Below, piece after piece: positions 28,820 through 37,845 of a stretch of DNA of 45,617 nucleotides (positions are counted from its first letter, which is position 1; each line of letters opens with the position of its first letter). The notes below the pieces were generated by a model. The model was given only the letters and a program-made list of their open reading frames with translations. It ran no database searches and was not told the origin of the DNA. The position numbers and the translations under genes are program-made. This stretch comes from Pseudomonas phage Fyn8, in sequence record OP966821.1. The stretch is one strand, 5' to 3'.

Positions 28820-30688
28820 TCAGGAAGAGGCCGTGGTGGCTCCCGGCTGGGGACTTTGCGATATGCCTGCCCGGTCGAGACGTTCGATCTCGGCCAGCGC
28901 CAGGGCGCAGGCCTTGACCAGATCGCGGCGTGGGGTGGTCGGCTTCCACGAGTCTTTGTCCCAAGGCCAGAACAGTGCAGCGCCATTCTGACGACCGTCC
29001 GGCCAGTCCGTGCCGATTCCGCCGGCGTGGAGCGCGTAGCAGCCGGCTGCCTGGGCCATCTGTCCATCGGCGTGCTCGTCGTCGTGCTCCGGCGTCCAGC
29101 CCTCGGCCTCGACCTGCCGGCGGCGCTCGGCCAGCACGTCTATCCACGCTTGCGGAACCGGGGTGCTGTGCGAGGGCGCGGCGGCGAGCACTTTGCGCGC
29201 GACCTTGATGCATTCGCCGAAGCCATTCACATAACCGTCGCTGTAGCCACCTTTCGGCTGGTCGGACTGATCATGGCCAACCATGTGGCCAGCATGAGTG
29301 CGCTCCAGCGCTTGAAGAAGTTCGGCGTGGTCCGGCACGCTGTGCTGAGCCTTGCCGGGCGCGGCGGCGATGTACGCATCCAGCAGCTTCTGCGTATCGG
29401 TGCGGGCGACGCCCTTGTACAGCAGCGCCATCACGGCATCGTGCATTGCCTCCGTCTCGCGAACCGGGATCAGAGCTAGCCCCTCCGGCACGCTGTGCTG
29501 AGCCGAGTTGCCGGGCGCGGCGGCGAGCAGTTTTCGCGCAATTGCTTGAGCATGCTGTTCGCGCACGATACAGTAGCCATGCTCGTCGCCTTGTTCCGAG
29601 TGCTCAGCATTATCGGCAAAAATCTGCAAGATCATGTCGTCATCCGGCACGCTGTGCTGAGCCTTGGCGACCGCTAGCGCCTCGTTGAGCCGGAACCCTT
29701 CGTGCACCCAGTCCGTCAACTTCCCTTCCAGCTCCGCGACCCTGGCCAGGGCGTCGGCGAGTCTCAGCTTCAGACTGTCGCGGATGAGCGGCCAGCGGTC
29801 CAGGGCTTCGCTCAGCTTCGCGTTCTCCGCCCGCAGCGCCCCGACGATGCGCTCATGCTGGGCGACGGTCATCAGTTCGTCCTCGCTCACCTCGCAGCCG
29901 CGCTCACGCCAGTGGGCAGCTTGATCTTCCGCGTTCTGCTTGTAGTAGTTCAGTGCGTAGTGGGGATGCTGGTGCTTTGTATGTCGCCCGATAGTCCGGT
30001 ACGCCACAACCTCCGGCCGCTCCGCCTCTGCCTGCTCGGACTGCAACGGGGATGGTTGCGCAGTGGTTGGCTCCTCATCCAACAAGACGCCGCCTTCTTC
30101 GGGATACTCAGCGCAGAAGGCGTATAGGCCTGCTTCGAGGAAATCGGCATCCTGCTGGCGCCACTCGATGCAGGCCTCGCTTTCCAGTTGCTCGGCAGTG
30201 CCATCCGGCGCAATGAAGTCCAGGGCGGCGCGCAACTGGTATCCGTTGATCAAGAGACTCGAGCGCACTGGGGAGGGTTGCGCCAGGGCGGCGCGGGCTT
30301 GCAACAACAGCGGATAGAGATGGCGCCATGCCTGGAAGGCGAACGTGCGTTCGTAGTCGCCTCCGCCGGCGCGGCAGTATTGACCTTCTTCTTCCCACCA
30401 CTCGGCGAACACGCCAGCGAATACCTCATCAGGGACGTGCGCGCCCTCCGCCTGCTCGGCCTGCGCCTGGGAGGGTTGCGCCAGGGCGGCGCCGGCCAGG
30501 CCCTGGGCGGCTTGCGTCGGCGCCTGGTCCTTGATCAGGTCCAGCAGGCTCTCGGCTGAGGAGTGAACGTCGTCGAGGTCCGTCGACCAGCGGTGCGGGC
30601 TGGTGTCGTGGATGTTGTCCAGGGCTTCGACGATGCCGCGCAGGCGGGTGGCGCACTGCTCGATCAGTTGGTGTTGGGTAGAGGACAT
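28820..30688 (-). CDS. Large acidic hypothetical protein with four roughly 51-aa tandem repeats (AAAPG-x-AQHSVP) and a conserved C-terminal domain (EGWTPEHDDEHADGQ...FWPWDKDSW), possibly DUF550-like
   Basis: 622 aa from the ATG at 30688 with SD CAGGAGA; repeats are visible at both protein and DNA level; first early-left gene after xis/int. Confidence 0.5.
   Translation of the reverse strand: MSSTQHQLIEQCATRLRGIVEALDNIHDTSPHRWSTDLDDVHSSAESLLDLIKDQAPTQAAQGLAGAALAQPSQAQAEQAEGAHVPDEVFAGVFAEWWEEEGQYCRAGGGDYERTFAFQAWRHLYPLLLQARAALAQPSPVRSSLLINGYQLRAALDFIAPDGTAEQLESEACIEWRQQDADFLEAGLYAFCAEYPEEGGVLLDEEPTTAQPSPLQSEQAEAERPEVVAYRTIGRHTKHQHPHYALNYYKQNAEDQAAHWRERGCEVSEDELMTVAQHERIVGALRAENAKLSEALDRWPLIRDSLKLRLADALARVAELEGKLTDWVHEGFRLNEALAVAKAQHSVPDDDMILQIFADNAEHSEQGDEHGYCIVREQHAQAIARKLLAAAPGNSAQHSVPEGLALIPVRETEAMHDAVMALLYKGVARTDTQKLLDAYIAAAPGKAQHSVPDHAELLQALERTHAGHMVGHDQSDQPKGGYSDGYVNGFGECIKVARKVLAAAPSHSTPVPQAWIDVLAERRRQVEAEGWTPEHDDEHADGQMAQAAGCYALHAGGIGTDWPDGRQNGAALFWPWDKDSWKPTTPRRDLVKACALALAEIERLDRAGISQSPQPGATTASS
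29155..29666. repeat. Intragenic tandem DNA repeats (period about 153-160 bp, 4 copies) centred on CCGGCACGCTGTGCTGAGCC...GGGCGCGGCGGCGA
   Basis: Near-identical 40-43-nt cores at 29331-29370, 29484-29526 and 29643-29666, plus a degenerate copy near 29155-29198. Confidence 0.7.
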
Positions 30689-30785
30689 TGCGGTGTCTCC
30701 TGTTGCTCCGGCGCCGGCGGCCGGCAGCGGAAGCATTTGCACAGGCCTATCCGTTGGCCCGTGGTGCGGCAGATGGTGGGGCGGT

Positions 30786-31478
30786 TCATTTCGTGGCGTC
30801 TTGCTTCATGGCTTTGGCGTGGCCGACGCAGGTGCGGACCGGGTTTCCCTGGTCGTCCAGGTCGGCGTGGCAGTAGAACCGGCTGAGTTCCTGCCGGCAG
30901 TGGATGGCATCGGAGGTGGTGACCGGCGAGGTGTTCGCCGGGGTGCCGAGGCGATAGGCACAGCCGGCGCACGTGCCGCGTGGGTCCACAGTGGCGGCCA
31001 GGACAACGCCTTGCAGCGCTCCGAACATCGTCGGCAGGTTCGCCTGCTCCGCGGTGTGCGGGTGTTCGCCGCGCTCGATGAGGATCAACTCCACCATCGC
31101 ACGGCAGTTCTCGGCGACGGCGTTGGCCATGCCCAGCACCTGGGCGAACAGGTCGAGGATGGCGGCCAGGTTGCGCTGGGCGGCCATTTTCTCCAACACC
31201 TGGCGGCGCAGGTCCGCCGGCAGAAGAACGGCGCCGGCCAGTTCGTGCGCGTCAGCGGCACTGATCTGGTAGTCGACAGGGGCTGAGCCATAGTTCCTCC
31301 TGGGGTTTATTCGTAGGGACCGGTCATGGTTGAGCTGTCGGAACTCGGTGCAGATGACGATCACGTCGGGACCGTCACGGCGGTGGACCGGCATCGTGCT
31401 GAAGTCGAAGCTCGAACAGTCGTCCAGGCGTCGCTCGCAGGCGCGGCAGCGCCCGCCCTTGGGGTAGTAGTTGGGCAT
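30786..31478 (-). CDS. Hypothetical Cys-rich protein (230 aa from the ATG at 31478)
   Basis: N-terminal CRACERRLDDC motif (Zn-ribbon-like); start 7 nt after the upstream gene stop; the ORF track extension to 31742 overlaps the upstream gene. Confidence 0.4.
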   Translation of the reverse strand: MPNYYPKGGRCRACERRLDDCSSFDFSTMPVHRRDGPDVIVICTEFRQLNHDRSLRINPRRNYGSAPVDYQISAADAHELAGAVLLPADLRRQVLEKMAAQRNLAAILDLFAQVLGMANAVAENCRAMVELILIERGEHPHTAEQANLPTMFGALQGVVLAATVDPRGTCAGCAYRLGTPANTSPVTTSDAIHCRQELSRFYCHADLDDQGNPVRTCVGHAKAMKQDATK

Positions 31479-31485
31479 GGTTGGC

Positions 31486-32088
31486 TCAGGTGAAGAGGGT
31501 GGGCTGGGCGCTCTTGTCCAGCGCCTGCTGGATCTTGGTGAAGGCCTCGGGGTGCTGCTGGTCGAACGCTGGCATGCGGGCAGACTCAACCCACGTGCCG
31601 CGCTCGGCGCCCTTGTCGAGCCAGGATCGTGTCCAGTTCGTCGCGCTGACGCCGCATTCGGCGATCTGCTCGGGGGTGGGGAGCGGGCGGAACAGCATGT
31701 CGCGCGTGCGGTAGTACTGTTCTTGGCCGTTGTCGTACGCAACTAACGACTCGTCGCTGATGTACCGAATTTCACAGCGCCGATACTCCGGCCAGATCAT
31801 GTGCCTGTATTCGCATTCCACGCCGACCGGCGGCAGGCCGTCTTGGCCGTTCCACTGTATGACAGGCTCCTTTGCCTCATCAGCCACAGGACGACGTTCC
31901 ACCAGTCGCCATGCGTGGTCCAGTTTGGTCATGTCGCAGGTGTTGAAGTCTGGCCGCAGGTTGCCCACGCGCTGGCGTTTGCTGATCCGGCAGCCCCATC
32001 CCTCAACCCAGTACATATCGTTGCCGTGCTCGGTAGTGACCACTGCCTGCGCCCAATGAGGCGCGATGCTCCAGTCGATACTGGTCAT
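31486..32088 (-). CDS. Hypothetical early protein (200 aa)
   Basis: Tightly packed in the leftward early operon. Confidence 0.45.
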   Translation of the reverse strand: MTSIDWSIAPHWAQAVVTTEHGNDMYWVEGWGCRISKRQRVGNLRPDFNTCDMTKLDHAWRLVERRPVADEAKEPVIQWNGQDGLPPVGVECEYRHMIWPEYRRCEIRYISDESLVAYDNGQEQYYRTRDMLFRPLPTPEQIAECGVSATNWTRSWLDKGAERGTWVESARMPAFDQQHPEAFTKIQQALDKSAQPTLFT

Positions 32089-32135
32089 TCTCGTTTCCTT
32101 GAACTGTGCCGGCGTGGCCGGCGCGAGGTGGCTAG

Positions 32136-33152
32136 TCAGGCCGCTTTCGCGGGGGCCTTTTCGACGATCACGCCCGGCAGATTCAGCGTTTGGCCCTTGC
32201 TGTTGGCCAGGTTGTCCAGGGCCGGCTGGTCGACGACGAGCAAGTCCTCGGTGGCCAGGCCTTCGGCGATGGCGGCGATGAGCGCGGTTTTATCAACGAC
32301 GCGGGCGCGCCACTGGGTAGCGCTGGGCTCTGCTGCCTTGCTGGCTGGCTTGATCTGGGCGGGTGCTGGTGCAGCCTCGACCCTCGGCGCCTCCGGATCG
32401 ACAGCGGCGGGTGTCTCCTGCTCGGCGAGTTGCTGGCGCGCCGCGGCAAGCTCTCGCTGCTGGCGTGCCAGTTCTTCGCGTTGGCGTTGCATTTCCTCCT
32501 GTTGGCGGCGCATTTCCGCGTCTTGCTCCTCCATGCGGCGGCGCATTTCGGCTTGCTGGGCTTCCAACTCCTGCCGCTGGCGCTCCGCTTGCTCGAAGGC
32601 CAGGCGGTCGGTCAGCATTTGGGTCAGTTCGTCCATGGCCGTCTGCTGTGCGGCTTGGGCTTCCTTCGTCAAGTCGTAGAAGTCGTGTGCTGTGTCGATT
32701 TCGCCACAGCGGTCGATCATCGCGGCAATCTCGTCGCTGGTCTTGCCGCGTACCTGGGCCGGCATCCCTTTGATGGCGTCGACCTTCGACAGCAGGCGTG
32801 CGATCCGTTCCTGGCGCTCGCGTTCGACGCGATCGTCGACCTCCTTCTTGGCGGCCTTCATCGGATCTTCCAACGTCACCAGTGCGGCGGTGATCCGCTT
32901 CGCCTCGGCGTCGATGATCTGGCCTGCCTCGATGTAAGGCGCCTTTTCACGCTTGCGAGCGGCTTCCAGGCTGGTGCGCAGTGTGGTCAATTCCTTGATA
33001 CCGGCCTTGATGAACTCGTAGCCATCGGCGGTATTGGCGTCCGGCAGCGTCGCGTACTTCTCGCGAAGTTTTGCCAGGGCGGCGTTGGTTGCGTTGTACT
33101 CGGCGACCTCGACGGTACCGTTTTCCAGGTCAACATTTTTCAGGATGGTCAT
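32136..33152 (-). CDS. Phage early protein, DUF1351-like N-terminus with a long charged coiled-coil (338 aa from the ATG at 33152)
   Basis: SD GAGGAA upstream; E/R/Q-rich repeat (ERQRQELEAQQAEMRRRMEEQDAEMRRQQEEMQRQREELARQQRELAAARQQL); adjacent to the annealing protein. Confidence 0.45.
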   Translation of the reverse strand: MTILKNVDLENGTVEVAEYNATNAALAKLREKYATLPDANTADGYEFIKAGIKELTTLRTSLEAARKREKAPYIEAGQIIDAEAKRITAALVTLEDPMKAAKKEVDDRVERERQERIARLLSKVDAIKGMPAQVRGKTSDEIAAMIDRCGEIDTAHDFYDLTKEAQAAQQTAMDELTQMLTDRLAFEQAERQRQELEAQQAEMRRRMEEQDAEMRRQQEEMQRQREELARQQRELAAARQQLAEQETPAAVDPEAPRVEAAPAPAQIKPASKAAEPSATQWRARVVDKTALIAAIAEGLATEDLLVVDQPALDNLANSKGQTLNLPGVIVEKAPAKAA

Positions 33153-33156
33153 GGTG

Positions 33157-33912
33157 TCATTCCTCGGGGCTGGTAGGAGCGGGGGAAAGCTGGCGCAGGC
33201 GCTCATCGGCGGCTTCATTCACGCGCAGCTCAATCTCTGAGGGGTTGAAGTTGACGACTGGCGCTTTGGCGCGGGCCTTCTCGGCGACTTGCTTACGCAT
33301 TAACTCCAGGGCGCGGGAGTTCGGTGCCGCGGCGATCGCGTCGAGTTGTGCGCGAAGCCAGGTCTTGAATTCGTCCTTGGCTTCGTCCAGGGCTGTCTCG
33401 GGATCGCCGGCATCGGCCAGGCGCTCTTTCAGCTTCAGGCCTTCGACATAGGTCGTGTCGTCGAACATGCCCATGTGAATGTCGGCGCTGAACCCGAGGA
33501 GTGACAGACACTTCTTGATGGCGTCGGTGAGTGACTTCTTGCCGTAGTCGTGGTCAGTCTTGAAGCCCCACTCGGTCTTGTAGACGTAGGGGGTGTGCCC
33601 GTATTGGCGGGCGTGATTGATCGTCCCGTCGTGGCGATACCAGAGTTCGATGTACAGGGTGTGGGTCTTGTCGTGGCAGATGACCGCACCGTTCTTATCG
33701 AGGTGCGGTGCGCCTTCATCGAAGCGCTCTACCAAGACTTTCCAGCCCCAGCCCTTGCCGACGGGGCCGAATAGCTCAGTCGCACGACGGACGATATACA
33801 AGCCGTTGATGGACGTCATGTCCTGACCGTTGAGCTTCGCCTGCCTTGTGTACCTGGTGTCCGTCTCTTTCACCTGGTCCCAGATAGCCATGTTGCTATT
33901 CATGTTTGTCAT
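33157..33912 (-). CDS. Single-strand annealing protein, Rad52/Sak family
   Basis: Rad52-like blocks LFGPVGKGWGW and YGHTPYVYK...DYGKKSLTDAIKKCLSLLGF. Confidence 0.55.
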   Translation of the reverse strand: MTNMNSNMAIWDQVKETDTRYTRQAKLNGQDMTSINGLYIVRRATELFGPVGKGWGWKVLVERFDEGAPHLDKNGAVICHDKTHTLYIELWYRHDGTINHARQYGHTPYVYKTEWGFKTDHDYGKKSLTDAIKKCLSLLGFSADIHMGMFDDTTYVEGLKLKERLADAGDPETALDEAKDEFKTWLRAQLDAIAAAPNSRALELMRKQVAEKARAKAPVVNFNPSEIELRVNEAADERLRQLSPAPTSPEE

Positions 33913-34061
33913 GGTGTTGCTCGCTTGACGGCTGCCGGCGCCGTGGCTGGTTGTTCCGCGGTAATCAGTCCGCCCCAGATCGGGCCTAGGGCGAGAATGA
34001 GCAGGAAGAGGAGGCCGCCAATCAGGCCGCCCACCCAGATGGCTTTGCGTTTCGCGTTCAT
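33909..34061 (-). CDS. Small membrane protein (50 aa)
   Basis: MNAKRKAIWVGGLIGGLLFLLILALGPIWGG with one TM helix; the longer ORF-track version (193 aa) looks non-coding at its N-terminus. Confidence 0.3.
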   Translation of the reverse strand: MNAKRKAIWVGGLIGGLLFLLILALGPIWGGLITAEQPATAPAAVKRATP

Positions 34062-34173
34062 GTCGGGAGCATCCTGTAGATCAGCCAGCCGTAAAACGGA
34101 GCCACCAGGGCCAGCACGCCGATTGCCGACGCAACTTCGGTGAGCGCCCGGCGGGCGCCAGTCGCATTTGGCT

Positions 34174-34545
34174 TCATGCGGAGGCCCCTCCCTTGGCTTT
34201 GTCGATTGCGCTTCGGGCCGCCTCGATCGCCGCAGTTGTGATCGCGTTGCGATGCTGCGGCAGATAGCCGACCAGCGCGCAGTACGCCTGCTCCAGGGCG
34301 ATGAGTAATTCGGGGCCGTAGCTTTCAACGCGCCGCCGTGCTGCGCGTTCCGCCCGCGTGCGGTTGTCGCGCTCGATTGCAGACTGCGCTTCCTGTTCGG
34401 TGGCGTAGAACCTGTACCAGTCAGCGCGCTTCGCGATGCGCGTGCCGTCGGCTCGAACGTAGTAGGCCTTCGTTTCCCGAACGAACTCACAGCGGCTAGC
34501 TGCGTCTCGGCCGGCCCGGACTTGAAAGCGGGTGATTGGATTCAT
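34174..34545 (-). CDS. Hypothetical early protein (123 aa)
   Basis: ORF in the early-left operon and coupled with the next gene; my re-reading of the printed sequence at its 3' end disagrees with the ORF track by 1 nt. Confidence 0.4.
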   Translation of the reverse strand: MNPITRFQVRAGRDAASRCEFVRETKAYYVRADGTRIAKRADWYRFYATEQEAQSAIERDNRTRAERAARRRVESYGPELLIALEQAYCALVGYLPQHRNAITTAAIEAARSAIDKAKGGASA

Positions 34546-34763
34546 ACCCGAGTGCTCCTGAGTTCTGCCCAGCGGGCGTCCGACGCGGCGTCGAGCCGGT
34601 GGCGCATGTCGTCGTAAATACGGGTGTCGATGAAGCCGACCGCATAGGCCAGTTCAATTTGGCCGTGGACGAACTTCTGGTCCGGGCGTGGGAACGGTGA
34701 TCGGCGCATCGCCGTAATGCCTTCCTCGATCATCAGCACCGCGCGTTCATCGCTGAAGGCCAT
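34542..34763 (-). CDS. Hypothetical small protein (73 aa)
   Basis: ATGA overlap with the downstream gene. Confidence 0.35.
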   Translation of the reverse strand: MAFSDERAVLMIEEGITAMRRSPFPRPDQKFVHGQIELAYAVGFIDTRIYDDMRHRLDAASDARWAELRSTRV

Positions 34764-34892
34764 CTTCGTCCTCCTGCTCTTCGTCCTCGGGCTCCGGGTC
34801 AGGCTGGTCCCAGAGCGGATCGACTTCGCGGTCCCAGGCCTGCTGGGCGCAGTTGAACGCTGCGCGGTTGTGGCGCTCGCGGTATGTCCACA

Positions 34893-35396
34893 TCATCCCC
34901 ACCTCGCTGAACTGGTGTAGATCGCTTCCAGGTACTGGTCGCAGATGCGTTTGGCCCGCTCACACCGGTCAACGTCGAAGAGTCCGAAGTGGCATTCGGG
35001 CGGCGTGATTTGGAGTTCAGCGGCGAGCCAGGCGTAGGCCTGACTGCGCGTCATCAGCTTGTCGCGCCAGATGCGTTCGAATGGGCGCTTGCAGCGGTTG
35101 CGAGCGTCGCGCAGCGGCTTGTCGGCCAGCGTTCCCAGCGGGATGTCGGTGTCGGGATGCAGGCCCACGTAAGCGCCGCAGCCCGTGCCAGTACAGGCGT
35201 AGGCGTATGGCCAGTCGCCGTACTCGCGACCGTAGATCACCCGGTTGCTGACCAGCCGGACCAGGCCGCCGCAGTGCGGGCAGCCGGAGGGGATTGGCTG
35301 AGGATGCTTGATGCGCTTGAGCGCGCCGCGGCTGACGTGGGGCAGCGGTGCCGGCGGCACCAGTTTCTCCAGGCTGTTCGCTCGTGGGTCGATCAT
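34893..35396 (-). CDS. Zn-ribbon protein (DUF3268-like)
   Basis: CPHCGG...CTGTGCGAY and a second pair CHFG...C; 167 aa. Confidence 0.5.
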   Translation of the reverse strand: MIDPRANSLEKLVPPAPLPHVSRGALKRIKHPQPIPSGCPHCGGLVRLVSNRVIYGREYGDWPYAYACTGTGCGAYVGLHPDTDIPLGTLADKPLRDARNRCKRPFERIWRDKLMTRSQAYAWLAAELQITPPECHFGLFDVDRCERAKRICDQYLEAIYTSSARWG

Positions 35397-35537
35397 GGCG
35401 TGTGCTCCGTATTCACCTGCATTCGGCTGAACGCTCGCGCCGCCGGGCTTGCCCGGCGGGGAGGCGGGGAACGTTCATGCGAATGTGGGCGGTGAAAAAA
35501 GCCCGGCCGTAGCCGGGCAAGGGGGGATGAAACGGGC

Positions 35538-35909
35538 TCAGGAAACAGCAGTGCAGTTGCGCAGCAGCACCGGCGTGGCCTGACCTTCTAGCCAGATCAC
35601 CGCCATGCCGGAGGCGGAAACTTTGGCTTGAGTGAGCGTTCTGGTGCGGATGGGGATGGAGTCGCGGAGCGGACGGTACTCAACGGCCACCTGGGCCGGG
35701 TGCGTGCGATTCCACTCTTCAACCAGGTCTTTGGGTGAGGCGGGCCGGACGGCGCCAACCCGGGCGTAGATCTCGGCGCGATGAATGGCCATCGCTTCCG
35801 GAGCAACGATTCCGAGGCGGATCTGGCCGCCTCTGTTCTCGACGACGGTCACGGTGATGTCGTCGCCAATGTGCAGGGTTTCGCCGACTCGGCGAGTGAG
35901 GATCAGCAT
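35538..35909 (-). CDS. CsrA/RsmA-family RNA-binding protein fused to a 70-aa C-terminal domain of unknown function
   Basis: N-terminus [48 protein letters not shown] matches E. coli CsrA / P. aeruginosa RsmA, including the conserved R44 context; residues about 54-123 are paralogous to the product of the adjacent gene at 35944-36156. Confidence 0.7.
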   Translation of the reverse strand: MLILTRRVGETLHIGDDITVTVVENRGGQIRLGIVAPEAMAIHRAEIYARVGAVRPASPKDLVEEWNRTHPAQVAVEYRPLRDSIPIRTRTLTQAKVSASGMAVIWLEGQATPVLLRNCTAVS

Positions 35910-35943
35910 GTGTGCCTCCGTTCAGGATGCTGGGCGCGCGGGC

Positions 35944-36156
35944 TCAGGCCGGCTCGCAGTGGGAAAGGGCAACGCAACCGGACACGCCAGCGAGCCAGAC
36001 GACAGCAGTGTGTCCGCCGAGCACCTGGGCTTCGGTTGTCGTCCGGGTGCGTTTCGGCGTTGCGCCGCGATGGAACCGGTAATCGACCTCGGTGCCGGCG
36101 GGGTATGCGGAATTCCAGGCAGCAACGGTCGCCGCCGGGTTGGCGTTTCGCTTCAT
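35944..36156 (-). CDS. Small protein (70 aa) paralogous to the C-terminal domain of the CsrA-fusion protein
   Basis: ATG at 36156 with SD GGAGATA; aligns with the fusion C-terminus (WNxxxPA..V.YR..R...P.RTRT.T.A.V.....AV.WL.G....V.L..C); first gene downstream of PL. Confidence 0.4.
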   Translation of the reverse strand: MKRNANPAATVAAWNSAYPAGTEVDYRFHRGATPKRTRTTTEAQVLGGHTAVVWLAGVSGCVALSHCEPA

Positions 36157-36465
36157 CGGGTATCTCCGGATAGATTGCGATGGGGCTGGTCTGCAGTCCC
36201 GGCGAACCGGGGCGTGTTGACTTCTTCGATGCCCCTCTTGCGAAGGGCATCTGAGAAATCTTGGTGTTTCTCGCAAACCCTCACGCCGGTAGCCGGTGGT
36301 GAGCGCATTGCGCATTTCGTACCGTCCAACAGGTCTCACTTGCCTACCTCCGCAAACGATGCCCGATTGCAGAAGCGTTACTGGCGCCTGTTGGCTCATG
36401 TCTGGTTGTTAAAGAGCGGTCGGCTCGGTGGCCTGGCGCTGCGTTGTTCTGCGGCGTTGAGGTGA

Positions 36466-36494
36466 AATTTAGAAAACTAAACGGTTAAGGTCAA
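36466..36494 (-). promoter_or_regulatory. PL-like early leftward promoter: -35 TTGACC (36494-36489), 17-bp spacer, -10 TAAATT (36471-36466)
   Basis: Near-consensus sigma70 elements on the minus strand, overlapped and flanked by operator repeats; mirrors PR. Confidence 0.55.
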
Positions 36495-36516
36495 GGGATT
36501 TTTTTAGAAATCTAAA
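36468..36516. promoter_or_regulatory. OL operators: TTTAG-AAAA-CTAAA (36468-36481) and TTTAG-AAAT-CTAAA (36503-36516)
   Basis: Same inverted-repeat motif as at OR (TTTAG-N4-CTAAA); the first overlaps the PL -10. Confidence 0.55.
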
Positions 36517-36540
36517 CTTTTGGGTTGGGCGGGCACAAAA

Positions 36541-36565
36541 AAGCCCGCGCTAGGCGGGCTCTGTC
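36541..36565 (-). terminator. Rho-independent terminator downstream of the lipoprotein moron (minus strand)
   Basis: Minus strand reads GAGCCCGCC-tagc-GCGGGCTTTTTT. Confidence 0.65.
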
Positions 36566-36581
36566 CCTCTGGTTAGGGGTG

Positions 36582-37070
36582 TTACCGTGTGAGCATCTCG
36601 CGAAGCTTCACACCATCAGCGATGCTCACGACCTTGGCCACTACGCCTCCTTGGGGGAGGAGTCCGTACTTCGATGGCGCTTGCCAAGTGACGGTTGAAC
36701 TGAGGAAGTAGTCGCCTGGCGGGATGTCCGTGAATTTGAAGTTTCCGTTCCCATCCGCCACCGTAGTGATGGACCCCTGTCCTGATCGAGGATCTGGCGC
36801 CTCAAGCGCTTGTCCTCCTATATAGTTCACTTCGTACCACTGTTTCGAATAGGACGTAACGGGGACTAGGTAAACTGTGCTCCCTGCACCGAATTTCACA
36901 TCTCCACCAACGGTCTTCATAAAGACCTGGCCAGTCAATGTGCCAGTCCCTTTTGTCGGAAGAGCGGCAAATTCAGCAGCAGGGAATGGAATTCTCGGGA
37001 CCGGCGTTTGTTGAGATACGGCACAACCTGACAGCATGATCATTATTGCTGCTATGGCGATTAAACGCAT
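36582..37070 (-). CDS. Secreted lipoprotein (moron next to the repressor gene); carboxypeptidase-regulatory-like beta-sandwich motif
   Basis: 162 aa from the ATG at 37070 with SD AGGAGG; signal peptide plus lipobox LSGC; GC lower than flanking DNA (about 52%); own terminator. Confidence 0.6.
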   Translation of the reverse strand: MRLIAIAAIMIMLSGCAVSQQTPVPRIPFPAAEFAALPTKGTGTLTGQVFMKTVGGDVKFGAGSTVYLVPVTSYSKQWYEVNYIGGQALEAPDPRSGQGSITTVADGNGNFKFTDIPPGDYFLSSTVTWQAPSKYGLLPQGGVVAKVVSIADGVKLREMLTR

Positions 37071-37117
37071 GAAACCTCCTTGATTATCAAAAAGCCCGAG
37101 TGCCGGTCGGCACCTGA

Positions 37118-37783
37118 CTACATCGCGCCGCCACGCCAAACGATACGACCGATAATGTCTACGCCGCGCATACCATCATCAGTGACAGGCTGGTCTGGGT
37201 ATCGATTTTTGTCCTGGTTATCCGACCGAATTAGCCATCCTCCCGATATCTCACGGATAAGGCGCTTGAAGATCACCTCTTGGTCGGCATCATACAGGGC
37301 GAACATTTTCCCATTCGTCGGCTCCTTGCAGGAAACATCTATCAGGACGACCTCTCCGTCGGAGAGGGTTGGCCAGTTGCTATCTCCCTGGTTGTAGGCT
37401 GCGCGAAGATTTTCAGCCCTTAGCCCCATCCGTCGAAGCCAGTCGCGCTTAAATGCCAACCCGCCCTTGACCTCAACATGATCGTTTAGGTAGCCATTTC
37501 CTGACGAACCCTTAGCAGTGAGCTGGGGAATAAGCGCGTAGTCGGCCTCTGAAGGAGACCCTTCATGTGAGGGCAGATCCTTTTCTCCCTTCCCAGTTTC
37601 CAGCCATGAGGCGCTGCATTGAAGCACCTTGGCCAAGGCAATCAGGTTCTTCCCTCTGGCCTTGTTGGTGCCATTGGTCCAGTGGGAGAGGGTCCCCTTG
37701 GAGACCTTGATCTCTCTGGAGATGTCCGAGGCGCTGATGCCTAAGGCATCCATGCGCTGATTGAGTCTGTCTGAAAAGTCCAT
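37118..37783 (-). CDS. cI: CI-like prophage repressor (N-terminal HTH-XRE, C-terminal LexA/S24 peptidase)
   Basis: 221 aa with HTH (SKGTLSHWTNG) and a C-terminal S24 domain with the Ser...Lys dyad context (GDSNWP...KRL). Confidence 0.85.
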   Translation of the reverse strand: MDFSDRLNQRMDALGISASDISREIKVSKGTLSHWTNGTNKARGKNLIALAKVLQCSASWLETGKGEKDLPSHEGSPSEADYALIPQLTAKGSSGNGYLNDHVEVKGGLAFKRDWLRRMGLRAENLRAAYNQGDSNWPTLSDGEVVLIDVSCKEPTNGKMFALYDADQEVIFKRLIREISGGWLIRSDNQDKNRYPDQPVTDDGMRGVDIIGRIVWRGGAM

Positions 37784-37784
37784 G

Positions 37785-37845
37785 TTTAGGATTCTAAATC
37801 CTTGTTGGTTTAGATAACTTGCACACGGCTGTTTATTTTTCTAAA
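37785..37845. promoter_or_regulatory. OR operators, three TTTAG-N4-CTAAA-type sites: 37785-37798 (perfect, TTTAG-GATT-CTAAA), 37809-37822 (degenerate), 37832-37845 (TTTAT-TTTT-CTAAA)
   Basis: Inverted-repeat motif shared with OL; spacing about 23-24 bp; sites overlap the PR -35 and -10. Confidence 0.55.

Noticed and set aside
28930-32773. Numerous plus-strand ORFs across the leftward early operon (e.g. 30603-31286, 31801-32679, 32190-33176)
   Set aside because: Antisense to tightly packed minus-strand genes with SDs and coupled stops; compositionally artefactual
34141-34210. Possible 1-nt inconsistency between my reading of the printed sequence and the ORF track near 34174-34203
   Set aside because: It is most likely my transcription error at a line break. 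ORF-track coordinates were used for that gene.
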